A stretch of DNA of 63,981 nt, filler included, from Saprolegnia diclina VS20 (Eukaryota), in assembly GCF_000281045.1 (NCBI RefSeq). It is 6 parts of 3 records of this genome, joined end to end, with 100 filler letters (N's around TTAATTAATTAA, not from the genome) between each part and the next. Parts side by side here need not be neighbours in the genome. Positions count along the whole stretch, not along the records: positions 1 to 25,361 come from NW_008246137.1; 5 more parts are not named here. One strand, given 5' to 3'. Both the position numbers and the translations under genes were made by a program. Shown here piece after piece: positions 1 to 10,524 of this stretch. The notes beneath the pieces were generated by a model, which saw nothing but the letters and a program-made list of their open reading frames with translations, searched no databases and was not told where the DNA came from. The number at the start of each line of letters is the position of its first letter. Positions within the stretch are counted from its first letter, which is position 1.

Positions 1-1045
1 GCTTGCCGCTCAACGACGGGTACGACGGCGATTCGGCCAAGTTGCACATGCCCTTGCTGCCACCGCCCTTCTTGAGGCGCATGTAGCCTTGCTCGCCCCA
101 GCTGGTGCCCCACGAGTTGCGGATCTTGAAAAAGTCGCCGCCGTACCCGACCGCAATGACCGCGTGGTCCGACTGGCCGCCCGGGCAGCTCTGCACAATA
201 CCGCTCTTGTAGTTGCGCCACACGTCGTTGCCGGCCTCGACGACGACGGTCACCGGTTGCTTGTCAAGCGCCGACTGCAGCGCGCTCTCGCCACGAATGT
301 CGACGGGCGCACCAACGCTGAGCTTGTTCTTCTTGCAGCTCTGCTTGCACTGGCTGTCGCTCTGCGTGTACGGGTACTCGGACGCCGAGCACACACCGGT
401 CTGCGCAATGTACTCGAGGGCCTTGTTGGGCCAGCCGCCCTGGCAACCCTGACCCGCGCTCGACGCGCAGCTCACGAGCTGCTGCTCCGAGAGGCTGAGG
501 AGCTTGCCGGACACGATGCAGTGGCCCATCTCGGCCGCACCGACGGCCGCAAACGACCAGCACGAGCCGCAGCTGCCCTGGTTCTTGATGGCCGGCATGC
601 ACTTGCTCGTCGTCCAGTCCTTCCCGCTCGCCTCGCGCTGCGCCGGCGTGAGCTCGAGCTGGATGTTCTCGGCACGGAGCTGGCGCTTCTTTTCCGGCTT
701 GCCGAACGCGCCCTTGACAAATTTTTCAAACTCGGCGTCCGTCATGAGCGCAAACTGGTTGTCGGTCGAGAAGGTCGCCGACCCGTTGTGCTCTTTGTTG
801 AGGTCCGCGACGACCTTCTTGGTGTGGGCAAAGCGCGTGAGCTCCGTCTCGAGCTGTTCGTGCGCGTTGAAGCTTTCGGTGCGCGGCTTGGGCGGAAGGA
901 GACCCTGGACGACAGCGGCCTTGCCGGCCTGGCTCTTCTTCCACGCGTCGAGTTCTTGAAGGAGCTCGTTGCGCTCTTTGTTGGTCATCTCGAGCGCGGT
1001 CGCGGACGCCGCGAGAAGGGCCGTGGTCAAAAAGATCGACTTCAT
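1..1045 (-). CDS. Secreted papain-family (C1A) cysteine protease, 3' end beyond window start
   Basis: Manual translation from ATG 1045: MKSIFLTTALLAASATA (signal peptide), I29-like prodomain (ELTRF..NQFALMTDAEF), catalytic QGSCGSCWSF, SDHAV and RNSWG motifs. The frame stays open to position 1, so it is absent from the ORF track. Confidence 0.93.
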   Translation of the reverse strand, partial: MKSIFLTTALLAASATALEMTNKERNELLQELDAWKKSQAGKAAVVQGLLPPKPRTESFNAHEQLETELTRFAHTKKVVADLNKEHNGSATFSTDNQFALMTDAEFEKFVKGAFGKPEKKRQLRAENIQLELTPAQREASGKDWTTSKCMPAIKNQGSCGSCWSFAAVGAAEMGHCIVSGKLLSLSEQQLVSCASSAGQGCQGGWPNKALEYIAQTGVCSASEYPYTQSDSQCKQSCKKNKLSVGAPVDIRGESALQSALDKQPVTVVVEAGNDVWRNYKSGIVQSCPGGQSDHAVIAVGYGGDFFKIRNSWGTSWGEQGYMRLKKGGGSKGMCNLAESPSYPSLSGK

Positions 1046-1071
1046 GGTAGGGGACGGTAGGTGAGCACCGA

Positions 1072-1089
1072 GCAAATTGGAAAATGAGC
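1072..1089 (-). promoter_or_regulatory. Oomycete Inr+FPR core promoter
   Basis: GCTCATTTTCCAATTTGC on the minus strand, 26 bp upstream of the protease ATG at 1045; matches the oomycete GCYCATTYYNCAWTTT-type element. Confidence 0.8.
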
Positions 1090-2183
1090 TTTCGGACCAA
1101 CGCTGGCAGCACCGACAGCCATGTACAAGCCGGACGATACGGCAAAGAGCCGCTTCCGAGAGGTGTAGCACGAAGAACTCTCCGAGTGGAACTGGAACGG
1201 TCGCTGCGATACCACATGTTTTGGACTTGGCGTTTCAAGACGAGCAAACGAGCGGCGGCGAGGCACCGCATGGAAGTTCGTGCTGAGCGAGGGACGCTGC
1301 ATGGCATGAGATGCATGAGACGACGATCTGAGTCGCGCTCAAGTCAGATGCGTGGCCAGTCGAGTCTTGCCGAACAGAGTCATCAGAATGTGGGCGCGGA
1401 CGGCCAACGCGATCACGTGCCAGAGCCATAGATTTTCGTGATGCGTTCTACCACCCAACTAGCTTACCCACCTAGATTTGACGACACTTCGTGTTCCCCT
1501 GAGTGTTACCGCGTATTTATATGAAGCAGCGGGACGGACGAGACGTGAAAATAAAATAGCAGTGTTTCGCCACTTTGGATGCTCTAGACGCGGTGTTCAA
1601 ACTCGCTGACCACTTGGAGACCGCACGGCGTCAACGAAAAAGATGAAACCTCAACTCTTCTGATTACCGTACACGAAGCGCGTGCGACACTCACTCGTGC
1701 AACCCATCACGCGCCAGTCGATGGAAGTCCACCACGAAGGCACACGCCCAAGAAGAATTCGTTGGCGCTCCATATTGTACAAGCTAGATTCAGGTTGTTA
1801 TCGATAGTCACAGAGTCGACCCGGGGTAGGGTAGAATCCAGTCCAAAGAAGCTCTAAAGGTGGGATTTGCCGTCCGCGCCCACATTCGGATGACTCTGTT
1901 CGGCAAAACTCGACTAACCACGCATCTGACTTCAGCGCGACTCAGATCGTCGTCTCATGCATCTCATGCCATGCAGCGTCCCTCGCTCAGCACGAACTTC
2001 CATGCGGTGCCTCGCCGCCGCTCGTTTGCTCGTCTTGAAACGCCAAGTCCAAAACATGTGGTATCGCAGCGACCGTTCCAGTTCCACTCGGAGAGTTCTT
2101 CGTGCTACACCTCTCGGAAGCGGCTCTTTGCCGTATCGTCCGGCTTGTACATGGCTGTCGGTGCTGCCAGCGTTGGTCCGAAA

Positions 2184-2201
2184 GCTCATTTTCCAATTTG
2201 C
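2184..2201 (+). promoter_or_regulatory. Oomycete Inr+FPR core promoter
   Basis: GCTCATTTTCCAATTTGC upstream of ATG 2228; mirror copy of 1072-1089. Confidence 0.8.
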
Positions 2202-2227
2202 TCGGTGCTCACCTACCGTCCCCTACC

Positions 2228-2323
2228 ATGAAGTCGATCTTTTTGACCACGGCCCTTCTCGCGGCATCCGCGACCGCGCTCGAGATGACCAACAAAGAGC
2301 GCAACGAGCTCCTTCAAGAACTC
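2228..2323 (+). CDS. C1A cysteine protease, 5' fragment truncated by gap
   Basis: MKSIFLTTALLAASATALEMTNKERNELLQEL, identical to the N-terminus of the 1045 minus-strand gene; runs into an N-gap. Confidence 0.8.
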
Positions 2324-2423
2324 NNNNNNNNNNNNNNNNNNNNNNNNNNNNNNNNNNNNNNNNNNNNNNNNNNNNNNNNNNNNNNNNNNNNNNNNNNNNN
2401 NNNNNNNNNNNNNNNNNNNNNNN

Positions 2424-2893
2424 TGGTTGCGCACCGGCGACATGCACTTGTTGGTCGTCCAGTCGACGTCCGTGGCCTCGCGCTGTGCTTGCGTGAGCGA
2501 CAGTTGAATGTTGTCGGCGCGGAGCTGGCGCTTGGGCGTCTCGTGCTTGAACGCGCCTTTCACAAACGCCGCAAACTCGTCTTCGGTCATGAGTGCAAAC
2601 TGGTTGTCGGTCGAGAAGACGGCGCCGCTGTGCTGCGTGTTGAGGTCGTCGACGATCTTTTGCGTCGTCGCAAAGCGCTCGAGCTCGTCGTCGATCTCGC
2701 CGTCCTCGAGGTTGCCGTGCTCGGTCTTGGGCGGGAGAAAACCGTTGGCTTCCGCTTGCTTGCCGGCGTGGCTAGCCTTCCACGCCGCGAGCTTGGCGGC
2801 GACGTCGACCTTTTCTTGGGCCGAGAGGCGCAGACCGTGGGTCGCTGACGCAGCGAGGAGGAGCGTCGCAATGCAGGAGGAGGTCGACTTCAT
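2424..2893 (-). CDS. C1A cysteine protease, N-terminal part (signal peptide + prodomain), truncated by gap
   Basis: MKSTSSCIATLLLAASATHG signal peptide, prodomain and DWTTNKCMSPVRN mature start. Inr/FPR-like CGCATTCTCACATTTGC at ~2903-2920. Nearly identical to 10525-10841. Confidence 0.88.
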
Positions 2894-3779
2894 GGGAGTG
2901 GAGCAAATGTGAGAATGCGGTGTGCATCGCGCGTCTGAACGGCAATCTGGCGGGCGCTTACCGCCAGCTTTCCATGATCACACCTGGTCGTCAGAGGATA
3001 CCATTTCCAACGCGGCCTTTCTAAAGCAAATAGTGTGAGCATGGTCTCCTCCACGCTGGGGACATACCGGTACATTGGATATGCACATTGAAAAGTATCC
3101 AGGATAGCGTTCAAACACTCGATTAGCTGAACATTGACGTACTTTGCGAGCGGCAGTAGAGCCGTGCTATCAAGGACCTGTACGATGAGCGAAGTCGAGG
3201 ATGAACATAACACTATTAGAGTGGAAAGAGCTGGACCGTTGCACCCTTTCTCTCACATTGCCGCAGCATTTGTACGGTCAAAAGACAGCTTCCAGCAAGT
3301 CACGTGGCGTTCTGCCGGTGCACGCTCTTACGCCGGCGAATTACTCGATGCTGTAAGGCGTGTACTATCGACTGCATATATGCGAGTACTATAGGTACCA
3401 GGTTAGACCTTCGACGATGCTACTACTACAGATGCAAGGCTATGAACAGCGTTTGCAGAGGTCTGGGAGCCCGGAAATGCCCTGGAAATGTGGGAGCCAC
3501 TGTAGCGCTAGAGATCGACGCAGTCGTGACGAAATTCCACCATGACTGGGGCGCAGAAAAGTCGGCTTCTCCAGCCAGTACACCGATTTTGCAATTTCAT
3601 CAAAGCTTTTTTCATGTATCCGACAAAACTCCAAGGCATCCAAGTCCTTGAGACCCAACAGGGCCATTATTTTTGGCCTTGGGCACACCCACGAAAGTGG
3701 TATAGCGTCTAGTTGCGCCTACTGTTGCCATTGCCATTCTCGCCGTCATTGTTGTTGCTCCAAGGGTCATCGCTCAACG

Positions 3780-4030
3780 CGGCGTCCGTCATGAGCGCAA
3801 ACTAGTTGTTTCTTGAGAAGGTCGCCGACCCGTTGTGCTTCTTGTAGAGGTCCGCGACGACCTTCTTGGTGTGGGCAAAGCGCGTGAACTCCGTCTCGAG
3901 CTGTTCGTGCGCGTTGAAGCTCTCGGTGCGCGGCTTGGGCGAGAGGAGACCTGCAACATCCTTGCTAGCCAGGCGTTTCTTCTTCTTCGAGGAGCTCGCT
4001 GCGCTCCTTGTGGGTCGTTTCGAGCGGATC
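3780..4030 (-). pseudogene. Decayed C1A protease prodomain fragment
   Basis: Aligns to ~733-1000 with deletions and a CAG>TAG stop at 3802-3804 (AAC TAG TTT versus AAC CAG TTT); no mature domain follows. Confidence 0.85.
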
Positions 4031-5248
4031 GTATGACTCTTCCGTGCCGACCGTAGCGTATTGAGCCGGGGCTTTCCAACGCGGGCTGCTTGTCGATCTT
4101 GACAAGCAGTGACAAAACAGGTGTTGGACGCATCACTTTTTGCCGGATGTTGGCAAGTATCCGGATGCGCCTCCAGTTGAGGAAGTCAAATCGCAGCTTC
4201 GAGTACCGGTATACACTCCGAAGCGACCGGGACGGCAACGACAACACTCTCACAAAGGAATCTCAACGCAGTGCACGGATGTCAGACCTGATTTATCTTC
4301 CAACGATCTCGTTTTCCACGCCTCTGTCGCCTTCGCGAGTCTCGGAGGCAGGCCTCTCCACGGTCCGGCTCAAGCCGTGGAGCCGATGGCTCGTCGGTCG
4401 CTTCTGCTCCATTTTCGAGCCGGCTCGAAATTGAAATCGAGCCGAGCCNNNNNNNNNNNNNNNNNNNNNNNNNNNNNNNNNNNNNNNNNNNNNNNNNNNN
4501 NNNNNNNNNNNNNNNNNNNNNNNNNNNNNNNNNNNNNNNNNNNNNNNNNNNNNNNNNNNNNNNNNNNNNNNNNNNNNNNNNNNNNNNNNNNNNNNNNNNN
4601 NNNNNNNNNNNNNNNNNNNNNNNNNNNNNNNNNNNNNNNNNNNNNNNNNNNNNNNNNNNNNNNNNNNNNNNNNNNNNNNNNNNNNNNNNNNNNNNNNNNN
4701 NNNNNNNNNNNNNNNNNNNNNNNNNNNNNNNNNNNNNNNNNNNNNNNNNNNNNNNNNNNNNNNNNNNNNNNNNNNNNNNNNNNNNNNNNNNNNNNNNNNN
4801 NNNNNNNNNNNNNNNNNNATTGGAGTATTTGACAGTATTTGACTCGAGTCGGCAACAGTATTGGACTCGAGGCGTTGACGGTCGAGCATTCCAAGCGCGT
4901 GCAGTTGCTACATGGTCGTTGATAGCGTAGGCGTGTACGGGGCAGCTTGTTTCTACGCTGACCGGAAACGCACTTGCCGTAGTGTTGCGATCTGTAATTT
5001 ATGAGAGGTACCGTCGCTCTATCTCTTTATAACTTGACTTTGATTCTGCACACGACTAGCTAGAGTCTCCCACGGCGCCGCGGAGCTCGCTTGTTGATGC
5101 ATGGTGGATTTTCGAACGCTTCGATATTTCCTAGTATTAGGGCAAAACGCCGAATCGAACCTTTTGAAACGAGGACATGTCCGGCTTTAGTGGTTCTATT
5201 GTATTGCATAATGAAACCAAGAGGCCTTTTTTTGCTGTAAAAAAACCA

Positions 5249-5265
5249 CCAGTTGCGCAATTTCC
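5249..5265 (+). promoter_or_regulatory. Inr+FPR-like core promoter of SF1
   Basis: CCAGTTGCGCAATTTCC 25 bp before ATG 5291; supports 5291 rather than 5177 as the start. Confidence 0.55.
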
Positions 5266-5290
5266 TGGCCAAGCACACGCACGCCGCAGC

Positions 5291-6919
5291 ATGGCCGCCC
5301 ATGGGTCCGAGGTCGCCGACACGTACGAGTACGAGGAGCAGCAGGAGCGCGAGACGATGATGCGCATCTCGTTCCTGCCCATGAAGCGCTGGTATCTCTC
5401 GTCGCCGGACGTGGCCGCCAAGTTTGGCTCGTTTCCAATCTTTTGGCAAGACCTCAAGAGCTGGGCGCCGTACCGTGACGTGAACCGCCTCTACTTGCGC
5501 GCGACGGACGGCTCCTCGAAAGGTGATGATGCTGCTCCCGCGGCGCCGGCGGTTGCTAATGAAGCTGATGGAAAGGTCAAGACGCGTAAGAGCCGGTGGG
5601 GCGACGCGGAGGAGACGCCGGCGCCCAAGCGGCGCAGCCGCTGGGACCCGATCGAGGGCGAAAACGACGCGCCCAAGAAGAAAAGCCGGTGGGCGCCCGC
5701 GGGCGCGGCCGGCGCCGACCCGTCGACGTACCTCACGACCGAGGAGCAGCAGTCGATCGTGCTCCGCGCCAAGCTCGACGACCTCGCACGCAAGATGGCG
5801 AGCGTCGCGTACGACGCGGCGATCATCGAGAAGGACCCGAGTCGGTCGCCGTCGCCGCCGCCGCAGTACGACTCGAACGGGAAGCGCCTCAACACGCGCG
5901 AGATGCGCATGCGCGCCATGTACGAGCGCGACCGCATGCGCGTCATGGACCAGCTCGTCAAGGTCAACCCGCTCTTCAAGCCGCCGCCCGAGTACCTCAA
6001 GATGAAGCTCCAACGCAAGCTGCCGATCCCGTACAAGGAGTACCCGACGTACAACTTTATGGGGCTCATCATTGGCCCGCGCGGCCACACGCAGAAGCGC
6101 ATGGAGAAGGAGTACAACTGCCGCATTGCGATCCGCGGCCGCGGCAGTGGCAAGGAAGGCCGGAAGAGCTACCACAATGACGAAAACGAAGACCTCCACG
6201 TGTTCATCACGGGCGACAAGGAAGAGGACGTCGAGCGCGCCGCCGTCGCGATCGCTGCGCTGCTTGTGCCCGTCGACGACATGACCAACGACCACAAGCA
6301 GCGCCAGCTCCGCGAACTCGCGCGCATCCAGGGCACGCTCCGCGACGACGATTACTGCTTGGCGTGCGGCGAGCAAGGCCACCGGCAGTTTGAGTGCCCC
6401 AACCGCGACAAGACGTTCAAGGCTGTCAACGTCAAGTGCTCGATCTGCGGCGACACGTCCCACCCAACGAGCGATTGTACGATGAAGGAGACGGACAAGG
6501 CGGTGTACGACGCGGAGTTTTCCAACTTTATGGAGCAGCTCGGCGAAGGCGGCAGCATCATCTCGCACAACACGATCAAGATCGTGCCCGACAAGTCGGC
6601 GCCGATTCCGGCGGCCATTGCGGCCAATGCCAATGCGAGTGCAGCCGTGGGCAGCTCGGCCGAGAATGCGTACCCCGTGCCGTCGGCGGCGCCGGCGTAC
6701 CCTGCCTCGTACAGCGCCGCGTACACGTGGGACGCGCAGCAGCAGTGGCAGCAGTACTATGCGAGCTACTACGCGGCCGGCTGGTCGTACCACAATGGCG
6801 TCTGGTACGATAGCACGGGCGCGGCCCAGACAGCGTACGATGCGACGGCAAATGCAGCTGCCTACAGCTACAAGAACCCGACGCTGAGTGCCAAGACGGA
6901 CGCGGCCAAGAAGGAGTAG
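5291..6919 (+). CDS. SF1: Splicing factor 1 / branchpoint-binding protein
   Basis: ULM motifs (RKSRW, RRSRWD, KKSRWA), RSPSPPPQYD..GKRLNTRE, KH-QUA2 (NFMGLIIGPRGHTQKRME..IRGRGS..HKQRQLRELARIQGTLR) and two CCHC zinc knuckles. Confidence 0.95.
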   Translation: MAAHGSEVADTYEYEEQQERETMMRISFLPMKRWYLSSPDVAAKFGSFPIFWQDLKSWAPYRDVNRLYLRATDGSSKGDDAAPAAPAVANEADGKVKTRKSRWGDAEETPAPKRRSRWDPIEGENDAPKKKSRWAPAGAAGADPSTYLTTEEQQSIVLRAKLDDLARKMASVAYDAAIIEKDPSRSPSPPPQYDSNGKRLNTREMRMRAMYERDRMRVMDQLVKVNPLFKPPPEYLKMKLQRKLPIPYKEYPTYNFMGLIIGPRGHTQKRMEKEYNCRIAIRGRGSGKEGRKSYHNDENEDLHVFITGDKEEDVERAAVAIAALLVPVDDMTNDHKQRQLRELARIQGTLRDDDYCLACGEQGHRQFECPNRDKTFKAVNVKCSICGDTSHPTSDCTMKETDKAVYDAEFSNFMEQLGEGGSIISHNTIKIVPDKSAPIPAAIAANANASAAVGSSAENAYPVPSAAPAYPASYSAAYTWDAQQQWQQYYASYYAAGWSYHNGVWYDSTGAAQTAYDATANAAAYSYKNPTLSAKTDAAKKE

Positions 6920-7404
6920 GCGGCGTCGTGGCCAAGCAAATACGACTACTAGCTCTTGATAGTCGATTACGTAAACGCAATAACATGCAAAAGTGGTGGC
7001 AGGCAAATATGGTTTGGTGTTGGCTCCACAATCACTGTCGTCCAACAGCTCTGTGTTTTCCCGCCGTGACGAATACGAGTAAGCTTATGCAAGTAGAGCT
7101 CCCGGCGCGAAGTGACACACTGTCGTTGTTGCCGGTGGAGGCTGGAGCGCGAGCCGCGGGCCAAGGTGCTGGCACGGCCAAACCAGTGCTGTCGCTGACA
7201 CGTCGACGACGAGCGATTTGAATCAAGAATGCTACGACGCTATTACGGCAGCCCGGCGCGAGGCCGTCGACCCCGGCGTGGAGTGGAGCCATTTGAGCCT
7301 CTCCNNNNNNNNNNNNNNNNNNNNNNNNNNNNNNNNNNNNNNNNNNNNNNNNNNNNNNNNNNNNNNNNNNNNNNNNNNNNNNNNNNNNNNNNNNNNNNNN
7401 NNNN

Positions 7405-8691
7405 AATCGTGCCAAAGGTGCCCGGGAGGTTCGACACCGTCGTCAAAAGACCGTACATGACGCCTTCGTTACCGACTTCGGCGAGCTCGACAATGACGTA
7501 CGTGCCGACGACAAAGTTGATACCGGTGGGGATGTTCTCCAGGACCGGCACGCCGAGGTAGAACCACTGGTTGCGGACAACGTCAAAGATGGTGCAGAAC
7601 TGGCAGACCGCGTCGATCGCGTACGTGACAAGGATCGTAATCACGAGCACGAAGCGCCAGTTCCAGTGCGTGCCGTAGGTACCCGTGAGCGTGAGCACAC
7701 CGGCAAAGAGGAACTGACTCACGACACCGACAATCTGCTGGTTGAGGTTCTCGACTCCAGCCCAGTACAAGGCAATATAGTCACCGGCCGTCGAGGTGAT
7801 CGACTGGAACAAGCCAAAGAGGAAGTTGAAGAGGAGCACTTGCCACACCGCGCGCTTCTGGACAAGCGTCCAGAACTGGTCAAAGTACGTGCCAAGCGGA
7901 ATGCGCACGCGCTTCTCGTCCTTGACAAAGATCCAAATCACCACGACGTTCAAGCACGACGGGACGGCCAGAATCCAGAAGTACCCGTTGATACCAATGT
8001 CCCAGTCAAAGTCGCCGGCAAAGCGCTTCGAGTTGAGGCAGTAACCGCACACAAACTGGATGAGACCGTAAAAGATGGTGCGCGCCGCGTACGAGAACGA
8101 CTGCAGACGACCACGGACAGCATCGGGCTCGCGCTGGGCGACCGCAAGCATGAGCGCGTCCTGAGCGACATCGGCCATGACGTAGCAAAAGCCGGCAATC
8201 GCAGCGAGGAGGATAAAGACCGGGCCATCGGTTTGCGAGCCTTCCTCACCAGGGTCCTTGATGGCGATGACGAGAAGCGCGATCGAGCAGAGCGTCCAGC
8301 CGAGGAGCATGTACGGCTTGCGCGAGTAGCCAAAGATCGGGAAGCAGTCGTTGAACATGCCAAAGACGACCTTGAGCGACCAGCCAAGACTCAAGAGGGC
8401 CTTGGCCGAGTTGCCGACGTTTGTCTCGAGCTGGAAGTAGCCCGTGACGATCGAGTAGCGCATCGACGTGACACCGCCGTAGACGATACCGATCATGGCG
8501 TACTGGAAGAGGATCGAGAGACACTCGGCCGACGTGTACACGGGGGCACCACCGGCGCGAAGCGCACCGTCTTCAAGCTCGCCGGGCGTCTTGTTGACTT
8601 CATAGTCTTCGCCGTTTTCGCCGGCTGCCTTGTCGATCGAGTGCACGTACGAGACACGCTCGCCCGCGATGAATTCCTTGGTGTGGTTCAT
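7405..8691 (-). CDS. BT1 folate-biopterin transporter (MFS), 3' end lost in gap
   Basis: MNHTKEF start; WSLKVVFGMFNDCFPIFGYSRKPY and DVAQDA..AQREP..RGRLQ family motifs; multiple hydrophobic helices; paralog of the 20582 and 24894 genes. Confidence 0.9.
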
Positions 8692-8707
8692 GTTGAACGG
8701 CCGCAGA

Positions 8708-8725
8708 GGAAATTGCAAAGTGAGG
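8708..8725 (-). promoter_or_regulatory. Oomycete Inr+FPR core promoter
   Basis: CCTCACTTTGCAATTTCC on the minus strand just upstream of ATG 8691. Confidence 0.75.
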
Positions 8726-9880
8726 AGAATGCTGGCCGCACCACGTCGCGAGTCCGATCTGAGTCGACAAGAAGAGACGGGACCTCGTTGGCGCGTTGTA
8801 CAAACTCGACCTCGATTGTGTTCTTCTACCAACACGCGCGTCTCTATCACGCGATAGACGATACAACTCAACGAATGCAATGGCAAACTCAGATTGCACG
8901 ATGGCGCAGAAGACGACGCTGTTCGTTTCTTTTTCGTGTCGCGCATCCCCACAGCTCCTTTTGGAAGCTTAATCCGACGTGGCGCGACGTGAGCCGGATC
9001 CGAATCGCCGGCGTGTCGCAGTTTCACCACCGAACGACGCTGCCAACGTCACTTGCCGTGGCCAAGCGCAGGAGCAAACACTGCAGACAAAAAATGTAGT
9101 TGCATTGAAACTTGCAATACGCGTGCTCGACTATTTACGGGAGGACGCATCGGCGCTGTCTCACCCAAGTTGGCGTAAAAAACGAAGCCAACATATGTTT
9201 TTGCCTTCTTTGCCCCAGGCTACTCTTGTGCGGCTGTCGAGTGGATAACGTCCCGAACCAGACATCGAGTCCCACGTTCCCCTTACGACGCCCGTATTCG
9301 AACCAGGACCAATCCTTGAAGTCTTCTGACGCCCATTTTTCCATACTGGGGCCAAGTCAAAATGCAGCGGCATCTGAGTACACGTCGCGACCCATGAAGT
9401 GTCGTATGACACAAGAAAATGTCCTTCTAACGCCCATTCGCGTCGAATCGATAGCACACGCCGCTTATACAGCGATGCATAGCACGTTGGTCCTTGAACA
9501 AAAATGAATTTTCGGTTCAAATATCCACGCTGACATGCCAAACCAGCGTACAAACGAGGCGGCAACGACGTCCGAACCAAATGCCAATGGGTGCCGTCGC
9601 GAACGGCACAGTGATGTGGCTTGGACATGATGCCCTCGCGTACTACTCTAAAGCATTACTACAAGATCTTAAAACGGGTGTGCAAATTTTTCGTGGTCAC
9701 GGCCGCTCACCTTGGACACCACGAGGTGTGTGTTCTTTGTGCGCGCCCACACTTCTGCCTCCACCCGCGACGTCGTACTAACGACGACTGGTTTCACGCT
9801 AACGTTAGAGAAGGCAGGCGTTAGCTCGCTCGTGTTTAAAGCTGTTTGCACCGGAATACAAGACGACCAAACATATAGTG

Positions 9881-10246
9881 ATGACGTCCCGCCTCGGTTT
9901 GCCGTCCAGTGTCGACACCACCCTCAACTCACGCTGCACGCCAGCGACCAACGCCTTGGACGAACCGAATTCCGAGTCTGTATCGTTGGCTGCGTCGTCT
10001 ACGCCGTCGCCGTCGCGTGCGAAGCGCCAGCGTCGCCCACCGTCGCTCGAGCAGCGCGAAATGAGTCGGCGGCGGTCACAAGTCTATTATGCGCACCACA
10101 AACACCGCGTTTTGGCCAAACTCAAACTCAAATACGAACAGCAGCGCAGCGAGATCCGCGCCAAGCGCCGGGAGCTCTACTACCAGCGAAAGCTGCTACA
10201 AACGACGACGCGTGACCGGTATTCGTTAGAGTATATTCTCAATTGA
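9881..10246 (+). CDS. Small basic helical protein ending SLEYILN (family copy 1)
   Basis: Homologous to the 16109 and 17997 ORFs (KRxRR.PS..QRE..R.R...YY..H...VLAKLKLKYEQ.R..I.AKRRE.Y..RK...SL..ILN*); conservation across diverged copies implies coding. Confidence 0.75.
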   Translation: MTSRLGLPSSVDTTLNSRCTPATNALDEPNSESVSLAASSTPSPSRAKRQRRPPSLEQREMSRRRSQVYYAHHKHRVLAKLKLKYEQQRSEIRAKRRELYYQRKLLQTTTRDRYSLEYILN

Positions 10247-10524
10247 TCCAGTACATTGTTGTTGTGAGTTTGAGGTGGGCAGTCGGTCGTTCTGTTGTCC
10301 AACATTGAGGTACTTGGAGATCTCGTGAGAAAGCGACGTACATGACTCTTGGCTCCACCAACCACTCGTGCTCACGAGACTGGAAATACTTCCTGAAGGA
10401 CACAAGTACATGGAGAAGAGGGGGNNNNNNNNNNNNNNNNNNNNNNNNNNNNNNNNNNNNNNNNNNNNNNNNNNNNNNNNNNNNNNNNNNNNNNNNNNNN
10501 NNNNNNNNNNNNNNNNNNNNNNNN

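Larger units (their letters stand above)
950..2323. repeat. Inverted repeat, arms ~950-1407 and ~1866-2323, ~460-bp spacer
   Basis: The arms are near-identical reverse complements (coordinate sum 3273). Each contains ~360 bp of upstream DNA plus the 5' end of a protease gene. Mirrored ORFs appear in the track. Confidence 0.95.

Noticed and set aside
89..1060. Long antisense ORFs opposite real genes (also 5060-7045, 7666-9099, 10855-11733, 20558-22303, 23170-25008, 27068-28006, 37005-38354)
   Set aside because: These are shadow frames caused by strong GC3 codon bias; the translations are Arg/Val/Leu-rich with no recognisable motifs.
5177..5290. ORF-track N-terminal extensions (SF1 5177; BT1 9030 and 25092; proteases 28036 and 36894)
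   Set aside because: Core-promoter elements, signal peptides or paralog alignment place the starts downstream.
10342..10524. ORFs reading through N-gaps
   Set aside because: Frame continuity across arbitrary 100-N gaps is meaningless.
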